From an uncultured Nitrospinaceae bacterium (GTDB lineage Bacteria > Nitrospinota > Nitrospinia > Nitrospinales > VA-1), in contig CAZOYP010000001.1 of the NCBI GenBank assembly GCA_964584125.1, positions 1 to 52,951 on the forward strand: 52,951 nt of DNA, read 5' to 3'. The notes below the pieces were generated by a model that saw only the letters and a list, made by a program, of their open reading frames with translations, searched no databases and was not told where the DNA came from. Positions 46,110 to 52,951 of the stretch are shown one piece after another (the stretch's first letter is position 1; each line of letters begins with the position of its first letter). The translations under genes were made by a program, and so were the position numbers.

Positions 46110-47858
46110 ATGTTTTTTTTGATAAAACTCACAATAGTATTTTTTTTCACTTTATCTTTAAATTTAACTAATTTAAGTGCAGAAGAAATTTCTGAGCAAA
46201 CATTCTTCGATAGAGCAAACCAAACGCCATCCACTCCCAAAGATATAATAAAGCCAGAACCCTTGATGTCTACAGAAATCGTAGACCGACCAGTAAAATC
46301 TATAGATGAAAAAGATTCATATTTAGTATTCGAAAAAAATAACTCTAATAACACATCCCAAAAACTAGAAACAATTTCTAATTCTATGGTGCTATCATTG
46401 AAAGATGCAATAATTCGGACACTTTCTAATAACGTTTCTATAGCTGTTGAATCATTTGACTCTAAAGTTAAAAAAGAAACTATCATAGAAAGCCTTTCTG
46501 AATTTGATGTCACGCTTGGCATAGAGTTATCTACAGGAAGAAAGACACAACAGCTAGCGAGTGCTTTCAGCTCGCCTAACAGAATGGAAAATGATAATGA
46601 TAATTGGGACTTGTCTTTGTCTCAGAAATTAGTGACAGGAGCAAACTATCAATTTGATTTTACAAATAATAGAAATAAAACTAATAGCAAAACGGCCGGA
46701 CTGAACCCTAGCTATAACTCAGAGTTCCAGTTAAGCTTAACGCAACCATTATTGAAAAACTTTGGAGCAAATATAAATAAACGCAATATTCATATTGCTA
46801 AAAATGAGGTAGACATATCTGACCATGAGTTTAAAACTAAAGTAATTAATGTTATCAGTGAAGTTGAAAATACCTATTGGGATTATGTTTTTAACCTAAG
46901 AGACTTAGAAGTAAAACAAAAATCACTTGACCGAGCCAAGGACTTGCAAAGACGTGTAAAAACCCAAGTTTTAGTTGGCACGATGGCCCCAATTGAAACT
47001 CTTCAAGCTGAGTCTGAAGTTGCTTCGAGGGAAGAGTTCCTGCTGAGCGCAAAAGATGCAATTGAAGATAGTCAAGATAAATTAAAAAACATATTAAATA
47101 TAGATTTTTCATCATCCGAAGGACTTCTCCCTATATATCCATCTAGCAAGGCTGATATTTTTTTTAAAAATATTAACTTCAATCAAACTGTGGAAATAGC
47201 TTTGTCCAGCAGACCTGACTACCTTGGGAAAAAAAAAGAACTGGAAAATAAAGATATTCTGGTCAAATATCAAGAAAATCAAATTTATCCATCTATTGAT
47301 TTAGTTGGTAGCCTTGGAATGAATGGGTTAAGCGGTGATGCTGTAACTATAACATCAGGAACATTTCAAGGTAAAAGCTCTTACGGCGGAGGATATGGTA
47401 CAGCGTTAACTGACTCACTTTCCACTAATTACTATGATTGGGAACTTGGGATCAAGTTTAGCTATCCGCTAGGTAATAGATCAGCAAAAAGCAAGTTGTC
47501 ATCTTCACGCCTTGAAAAAGCTAAGTTAATTCTTGATATTAAGAATCTTGAAAAAAAAATTATTTTAGAAGTCCGAGAATCAGTTCGTCAATTACAAACC
47601 GACACCAAAAGAATTAGAGCCGCTAGTATTGCTAAAAAACTTGCCGAAGAAAAATTAAAAGCTGAAGAAAAGAAATTTGAGGTTGGGCTGTCAACAAGCT
47701 TTAATGTCCTAGAATTTCAAGAAGACCTTGCAAAAGCACAAAGCAATGAAATAAAAACTATCATAGACTACAAACAGTCTAGAGTTAGACTTCGTAAGAT
47801 TATCGCTTCAACGTTAAATCACCACAATATTAAGCTTCCAGCCAATGAATCCTCATGA
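46110..47858 (+). CDS. TolC-family outer-membrane efflux channel
   Basis: Signal peptide, a low-complexity N-extension of about 70 aa, then the duplicated OEP pattern (LSLKDAIIRTLSNN..., coiled helices). It is the first gene of the efflux operon. The track start at 46089 is a TTG. Confidence 0.8.
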   Translation: MFFLIKLTIVFFFTLSLNLTNLSAEEISEQTFFDRANQTPSTPKDIIKPEPLMSTEIVDRPVKSIDEKDSYLVFEKNNSNNTSQKLETISNSMVLSLKDAIIRTLSNNVSIAVESFDSKVKKETIIESLSEFDVTLGIELSTGRKTQQLASAFSSPNRMENDNDNWDLSLSQKLVTGANYQFDFTNNRNKTNSKTAGLNPSYNSEFQLSLTQPLLKNFGANINKRNIHIAKNEVDISDHEFKTKVINVISEVENTYWDYVFNLRDLEVKQKSLDRAKDLQRRVKTQVLVGTMAPIETLQAESEVASREEFLLSAKDAIEDSQDKLKNILNIDFSSSEGLLPIYPSSKADIFFKNINFNQTVEIALSSRPDYLGKKKELENKDILVKYQENQIYPSIDLVGSLGMNGLSGDAVTITSGTFQGKSSYGGGYGTALTDSLSTNYYDWELGIKFSYPLGNRSAKSKLSSSRLEKAKLILDIKNLEKKIILEVRESVRQLQTDTKRIRAASIAKKLAEEKLKAEEKKFEVGLSTSFNVLEFQEDLAKAQSNEIKTIIDYKQSRVRLRKIIASTLNHHNIKLPANESS

Positions 47859-49189
47859 AAAGAATTTCAGTTATCTTGCTTTTGACGTTCTTGATACTAA
47901 TTGCAGCCTATATCTTTTTTGAGAATCCAGAAGATCCTGAGTTTATATCCAAAATTGACTATAAAAAGGTAAAAGTTCTTAAAGGTGACTTGCTAGTTAA
48001 GGTTTCAGCAAAAGGAGTGGTCGAGCCTAACTTTAAAGTTGAAGTTAAATCTAAAGCTAGTGGAAAGATAATTGCTTTTCCATATGAAGAAGGTGGTTTT
48101 ATAAAAAAAGGACAGGCTTTACTTCATCTGAATAAAAATGATGAAAGAAGAAACGTTGCTAAAGCTAATGCAGATTTAGTAAGTGGAGAGGCCAGCCTTA
48201 AAAAATCTAGAACTGCACTACTCTCACAAAAACACCGATATGAAACGGATTTGCAATTATCCGCTTCTGAAGTTGAAGAGGCGGAAGCAAGTTTGGAAGA
48301 CTCTAGGTATCAAAAAAAAAGACAATACGAACTTTTCGATAATAAATATATTTCGCAAGAAAACTTAGAAAAGATAGTTACCACTTTTAAAGTTAATCAA
48401 GAAAATGTGATCCAAGCTAAAGCCAAATATCAAGCTGCAAAAAATGCTATTCATGATATTTCTATGAAAGAGCATGAGGTTGAGTTGGCATCCGCAGAAG
48501 TTGTTCGCCGACAAATAGCTCTTGATGAATCGAATGAACGTTTGGAAGAAACTGATATTTACGCTCCTATATCTGGTGTAATAATCCAAAAATTAGTTGA
48601 AGAAGGACAAATAATATCATCTGGTGTTTCTAATATTAGCGGGGGTACGCCCTTGGCAGAAATAGCTGACATGTCAAGAATTTTTATCATCGCAGATGTT
48701 GATGAAACAGATATAGGAACGATTCGTGAAGGACAAAAAGTAGAAGTAACCGCAGATGCTTTTTACGGAAAAATATTTGGAGGAAAAGTAATCAGAATCT
48801 CACCAAAAGGAGTTGTTGAAAATAGTATTACAATTTTTAAAGTCAAAATAGAAATTACGGGCAAGGGAAAATCTATTTTAAAACCCATGATGAGTGCTAA
48901 TGTTGATATCATAACAAATAAAGTTCAAAACACATTATATGTGTCAAGACAAGCGATTACCTTGGCTGAAAATAAAAGGTATGCTGTTATACTTAAAGAC
49001 GAATTACCTGAAGAAATTGAGGTGGAAACTGGGATTCAAACCCCCATATATGTTCAAATCCTTTCCGGTCTTGATTCTAGTCAGGAAGTAATTACTGGAG
49101 ACTGGAAAAAGCTATTAGAAGAAGCAAACGAATCTAAAATCAAGGGGTCCTCTCTAAAAAAAATACTTTGGATGATTCGATCAAAATAA
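47855..49189 (+). CDS. efflux periplasmic adaptor (HlyD/MacA family)
   Basis: N-terminal anchor, coiled-coil hairpin, lipoyl/beta-barrel motifs (APISGVIIQ, FGGKVIRISP). ATGA overlap with the tolC-like gene. Confidence 0.85.
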   Translation: MKRISVILLLTFLILIAAYIFFENPEDPEFISKIDYKKVKVLKGDLLVKVSAKGVVEPNFKVEVKSKASGKIIAFPYEEGGFIKKGQALLHLNKNDERRNVAKANADLVSGEASLKKSRTALLSQKHRYETDLQLSASEVEEAEASLEDSRYQKKRQYELFDNKYISQENLEKIVTTFKVNQENVIQAKAKYQAAKNAIHDISMKEHEVELASAEVVRRQIALDESNERLEETDIYAPISGVIIQKLVEEGQIISSGVSNISGGTPLAEIADMSRIFIIADVDETDIGTIREGQKVEVTADAFYGKIFGGKVIRISPKGVVENSITIFKVKIEITGKGKSILKPMMSANVDIITNKVQNTLYVSRQAITLAENKRYAVILKDELPEEIEVETGIQTPIYVQILSGLDSSQEVITGDWKKLLEEANESKIKGSSLKKILWMIRSK

Positions 49190-49195
49190 TTCACC

Positions 49196-49879
49196 ATGAT
49201 TGAGCTTAATAATCTTAGTAAAACTTATCTATTAGGAAAAGTCCCAGTTAATGCTTTAACCGATATAAGCTTTCGGATTAATAAAGGTGAGTTTATAGCA
49301 ATAATGGGCCCTTCAGGAAGCGGAAAATCTACGTTATTAAATTTACTTGGCTGCCTTGACCTACCCTCCTCTGGAACATATCTACTAGAAAATTTTAATA
49401 TAAGATCCTTAAAACCAAACCAATTAGCAGAAGTGCGTAACAAACGAATAGGATTTGTATTTCAGAACTTTAATTTAATTCCGCGTGCTTCTGCATTGGA
49501 AAATGTCGAACTACCTCTTATATATGGACGAGCTAAAAACTCTCGAGAAATAGCGTTCAATGCTTTAAAGAGAGTTGGTCTTGCTGAAAGATATAAACAC
49601 AGACCCAATGAACTTTCAGGTGGAGAACGTCAAAGAGTAGCTATAGCTAGAGCTATAGTAAATAATCCGGCAATTGTACTGGCAGATGAACCAACGGGCA
49701 ATCTTGACACAAAGACTGGAAAAGACATTATGAGTATTTTCTCTAGATTAAATGATGAAGGCACAACTATTATAATTGTCACACATGAAAAAGATATTGC
49801 TACCTCGACCAAGCGAACAATTGAAATGATTGATGGCACTGTCGACCGTGATATTTGCTCAATGGAGAATGCAGTTTAA
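49196..49879 (+). CDS. MacB/LolD-type ABC transporter ATP-binding protein
   Basis: GPSGSGKSTLLN, LSGGERQRVAIARA and LADEPTGNLD. Confidence 0.92.
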   Translation: MIELNNLSKTYLLGKVPVNALTDISFRINKGEFIAIMGPSGSGKSTLLNLLGCLDLPSSGTYLLENFNIRSLKPNQLAEVRNKRIGFVFQNFNLIPRASALENVELPLIYGRAKNSREIAFNALKRVGLAERYKHRPNELSGGERQRVAIARAIVNNPAIVLADEPTGNLDTKTGKDIMSIFSRLNDEGTTIIIVTHEKDIATSTKRTIEMIDGTVDRDICSMENAV

Positions 49880-51087
49880 TGCTTATAATAGATCTTTTTA
49901 AAATGGCACTGAGAAGCCTCATAGCTAATACGATGCGCACATTCCTTACTGCTCTTGGAATGATTATAGGTGTAGCCTCTGTAATATCTATGATTTCTAT
50001 TGGTGAAGGTGCACGGCAGCAAACATTAAGCACTATAGAAAAATTCGGAACAAATATAATTACAATCAAACCTGGGAGAAAAAAAAATAAGCACGTGTCC
50101 TCAGATAAGGTGAAAACCCTAAAATTGAAAGATGCAGAGGCAATAGAAAAAAGTATTCCCCTCATTACTGGTGTCGCAGCGCAAGTTTACCGCTCTGCAC
50201 AACTTAAGTATGGTAGCAAGAATACAAATACTACAATTCGAGGAACAGGAGAAAAGTATCTAAAGCTCTCTAATTTCAATATAAAACAAGGACGTTACTT
50301 TACTAAGCAAGAGGTTCATTCCGTCAGAAAAGTTGCTGTTATTGGAGCAACTGTTATAAAAAATTTATTTGGAGATCTAGACGCAATTGGTAAAGAAATT
50401 AAAGTTGATGGTAATAATTATCTTGTAATCGGAACAACTGAACCAAAGGGTGCACTTAGTTGGTTTGACCCAGATGATCAAGTATTTATTCCAGTAACGA
50501 CAGCTCAAAAAAGATTGTTTGGCATACAACATATTCAATCTATTGATGTTCAGGCAAAAAAAATGGAAGATTTAGAGAGGATTAAGGAAGATATTGACTC
50601 ACTACTTAGAATACGCCATGGAATTCACGAGCTCGAGGATAGTGACTTTCATGTACAAAACTCTTCTCAATGGCTTAATAGCTGGGGAGATGCAGCAAAG
50701 ACATTTACTTACCTGCTAGGGGGCATTGCAGCTATTTCTCTTTTAGTCGGTGGTATCGGAATCATGAATATTATGTTGGTTTCTATTACTGAAAGAACAA
50801 AGGAAATTGGCATCAGGATAGCAATTGGTGCCAAAAAAAGTGAAATAATGGAGCAATTTCTTATTGAATCAGTCCTAATAAGCTTTATTGGCGGAGGCTT
50901 AGGTATAATTCTTGGACTAATAATTTCAAGAACAGTATCCCAAATCGGTGGATGGGATACAATAGTTTCAACACAATCTATCATCCTTGCATTTGGGTTC
51001 TCTGTAGGGGTTGGGATATTTTTTGGTTTTTATCCGGCAAGAAAAGCTGCAAACCTTAATCCTATAGATGCATTAAGGTACGAATAA
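49879..51087 (+). CDS. MacB/FtsX-type ABC transporter permease
   Basis: MLIIDLFKMALRSLIANTMRTFLT, a large periplasmic loop, and a C-terminal FtsX-like 3-TM bundle ending in NPIDALRYE. The ATG shares one nt with the preceding TAA. The track start at 49855 is over-extended. Confidence 0.88.
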   Translation: MLIIDLFKMALRSLIANTMRTFLTALGMIIGVASVISMISIGEGARQQTLSTIEKFGTNIITIKPGRKKNKHVSSDKVKTLKLKDAEAIEKSIPLITGVAAQVYRSAQLKYGSKNTNTTIRGTGEKYLKLSNFNIKQGRYFTKQEVHSVRKVAVIGATVIKNLFGDLDAIGKEIKVDGNNYLVIGTTEPKGALSWFDPDDQVFIPVTTAQKRLFGIQHIQSIDVQAKKMEDLERIKEDIDSLLRIRHGIHELEDSDFHVQNSSQWLNSWGDAAKTFTYLLGGIAAISLLVGGIGIMNIMLVSITERTKEIGIRIAIGAKKSEIMEQFLIESVLISFIGGGLGIILGLIISRTVSQIGGWDTIVSTQSIILAFGFSVGVGIFFGFYPARKAANLNPIDALRYE

Positions 51088-51155
51088 ACTATTTCACCTG
51101 CCGTCTTATTTTTTGCATATAGTTATCTCCATTAACGATTGACCCTCAGCATACA

Positions 51156-52649
51156 ATGAATATCTATCCTGCACTTGAGCAATTTCTTGAATATACTCAA
51201 AATAGTAAAAGAGCACCACTCGTTGGGGAAAAAATAGTACCACTATTTGATATCGCAATTCTTTTTAAAAAATTATTATACAAAAATGATAAAGCCTTTC
51301 TTTATGAAAGTAATAATGGAACAAAAAATACAGCTAGATATTCGTTTATTGGTGTTCCAAATAATAATTATGTGAGAATAGAAAGTAACTATTCTTTAAT
51401 TAAGTTAGAAGATGATAAAGAAGAAGTTAAAAGCACTGTCATTGACGGATGGAATACTCTTAACTTTGAAAATAACACCCCAAGCTATAAATATTCTCCA
51501 CATTTCTGGGGTGGATGGGTTGGTTATATAGCTTATGAAGCTGGAAATTCTTTTGAAAAACTTCCCAAAAGAAAATCAAGTGAACTAAAAATTCCAGATG
51601 CATACTTCATGCAAGTAGACAGATTAATTGTCTACGACCATGATCTATCAAAACTCAAATATATTATCGCAGTTGACTCATCTTCAGACAGTTTTAAGTA
51701 TAAACAATACGTAGATGAAATAAATAAGATATGGATAGAAATTGAAAGCGTGTTATTAGAGGCCCTACCAAAAGGACCTTTATTAAAAAAAAATACTTCC
51801 TTTCATTTAAATTCTAGTAAATTAAGATCAAATTTATCACCTAAAGATTATAAAAAAATAGTTAGCTGTGCTAAAAAATATATTTGTGATGGTGATATCT
51901 ATCAAGCAAACATTTCGCAACGTTTTGACACAGAATATAAAGATGATCCTTTAGACCTTTATCTTAAATTACGCGGGATTAATCCAGCACCATTTTCTGG
52001 ATTTTTAAAATTTTCTAATTTCTCCATTATTAGCTCCTCTCCCGAAAGACTTTTAAAGGTTAAAGATGACAGGTTAGAAACTAGGCCTATAGCGGGTACT
52101 CGACCAAGAGGACTTGATTCAATTAAAGATGCAGAACTTACCAAAGAACTATTATTAAACAAAAAGGAACGAGCTGAACATTTAATGCTTGTTGATCTTG
52201 AAAGAAATGATATGGGGCGTGTTTGCCAAACAGGGTCAGTAAATGTCACAGAATTCATGCAACTTGAGCAGTATTCGCACGTTAGCCATATTGTTTCTAA
52301 TATTGAAGGTAAATTAAAGCCAAATATAAGCATCTACACTCTATTAAAATCATTATTTCCTGGAGGGACCATTACTGGTTGTCCAAAAATTCGTTGTATG
52401 GAAATAATAAGTGAACTGGAACCATCAAGTAGAGGACCCTATTCCGGTTCATTTGGATATATTGGATTTTGCAAAGAACTTGATTTAAATATATTGATTC
52501 GTACAATTTTTCTTAAAAATGGAAAAGCTACTTTTCATGTTGGAGCCGGAATTGTTGCTGATTCAGACCCTGATAATGAATATGAAGAAACATTGTCAAA
52601 AGCTGCCGCTTTGATTGAAGTATTAAGCAATGAGATCGGTAGAACTTGA
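51156..52649 (+). CDS. pabB: aminodeoxychorismate synthase component I (chorismate-binding, TrpE/PabB family)
   Basis: GDIYQANISQRF, SSSPERLL, RPIAGTRPRG, EHLMLVDLERND, GGTITGCPK and RGPYSGSFGY. It is followed by a class-IV aminotransferase-fold gene. Confidence 0.8.
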   Translation: MNIYPALEQFLEYTQNSKRAPLVGEKIVPLFDIAILFKKLLYKNDKAFLYESNNGTKNTARYSFIGVPNNNYVRIESNYSLIKLEDDKEEVKSTVIDGWNTLNFENNTPSYKYSPHFWGGWVGYIAYEAGNSFEKLPKRKSSELKIPDAYFMQVDRLIVYDHDLSKLKYIIAVDSSSDSFKYKQYVDEINKIWIEIESVLLEALPKGPLLKKNTSFHLNSSKLRSNLSPKDYKKIVSCAKKYICDGDIYQANISQRFDTEYKDDPLDLYLKLRGINPAPFSGFLKFSNFSIISSSPERLLKVKDDRLETRPIAGTRPRGLDSIKDAELTKELLLNKKERAEHLMLVDLERNDMGRVCQTGSVNVTEFMQLEQYSHVSHIVSNIEGKLKPNISIYTLLKSLFPGGTITGCPKIRCMEIISELEPSSRGPYSGSFGYIGFCKELDLNILIRTIFLKNGKATFHVGAGIVADSDPDNEYEETLSKAAALIEVLSNEIGRT

Positions 52650-52951
52650 TGCAAACTCCTATTGTTTACATTAATGGTCTTTTTTGGCCTATTGATAAAG
52701 CTAAGATATCTGTTTTAGATAGGGGGTTTTCTTACGGTGATGGTTTATTTGAAACCATGCGCACATACTCAGGAAAGATATATAAAATAGAACAACATAT
52801 TGACCGTTTATTTGCATCGGCGCATTCAGTTTTTATTGAACTACCTATAACAAAGAATGAAGTACAAACAGCTATTTATGCAACCATTAAACTTAATGGC
52901 CTATTAAATTCAATCGTTAGACTTACTGTCACTCGTGGAGAACAGAGTTCA
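52649..52951 (+). CDS. pabC: aminodeoxychorismate lyase / class IV aminotransferase, N-terminal 101 codons (runs off the right edge)
   Basis: Not in the track because there is no stop. The ATG at 52649 shares one nt with the pabB TGA. Translation: MQTPIVYINGLFWPIDKAKISVLDRGFSYGDGLFETMRTYSGKIYKIEQHIDRL. Confidence 0.7.
   Translation, partial: MQTPIVYINGLFWPIDKAKISVLDRGFSYGDGLFETMRTYSGKIYKIEQHIDRLFASAHSVFIELPITKNEVQTAIYATIKLNGLLNSIVRLTVTRGEQSS

Noticed and set aside
1-52951. A scan for CRISPR arrays, IS or transposase ends, prophage genes, restriction-modification systems and known defence-system hallmarks.
   Set aside because: I found no regularly spaced direct repeats and no integrase, transposase, nuclease-helicase or methyltransferase defence signatures in any frame. 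By this reading the window is essentially core chromosome.

Overview
AT-rich (about one-third G+C by eye), densely coding chromosomal segment with about 58 protein genes and one tRNA. The host is a diderm bacterium: LPS heptosyltransferase, TolC, Tat and flagellin are all present. I cannot fix the phylum by eye; the gene content (DUF507 pair, split transketolase, LarB/LarC, hemX-hemA-hemC) resembles delta-proteobacteria-like or other deep-branching Gram-negative lineages. Most of the window is housekeeping: pgk (partial, missing from the ORF track), RNase E/G, ftsE-ftsX-envC-ctp, tsaD, gpsA-larB, a mitochondrial-type aconitase, larC, tatC, rpiB-glyA-nrdR, hemX-like/hemA/hemC/nadC, ubiE, htrA, split transketolase, asnB, a tolC-macA-macB efflux operon and pabB-pabC (partial). 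I see no CRISPR array, integrase, transposase, restriction-modification gene or recognisable defence system, so I cannot point to a clear-cut novel system. The least ordinary parts are listed here. (1) An ABHD/BEM46-like hydrolase sits next to an RI/NLR-type leucine-rich-repeat protein with a poly-acidic tail (18148-20136). A shorter LRR paralogue (35841-36368) abuts an orphan fliC-flgM bicistron. (2) A translationally coupled HmuY-like + FGE/SUMF1-fold envelope pair lies at 3005-4440. (3) A run of small unknowns follows nadC: an IscU-like remnant, a leaderless DUF1566 protein and a membrane protein with a pilin-like head. (4) There is a tandem DUF507 pair and a CPBP-like protein with a degraded active site. 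Several ORF-track starts are over-extended (ftsX, ctp, flagellin, copZ, rpiB, tolC, the macB permease). The flagellin most likely starts at a TTG 117 nt inside the listed ORF. All family calls come from reading motifs by eye and need profile or structure searches.
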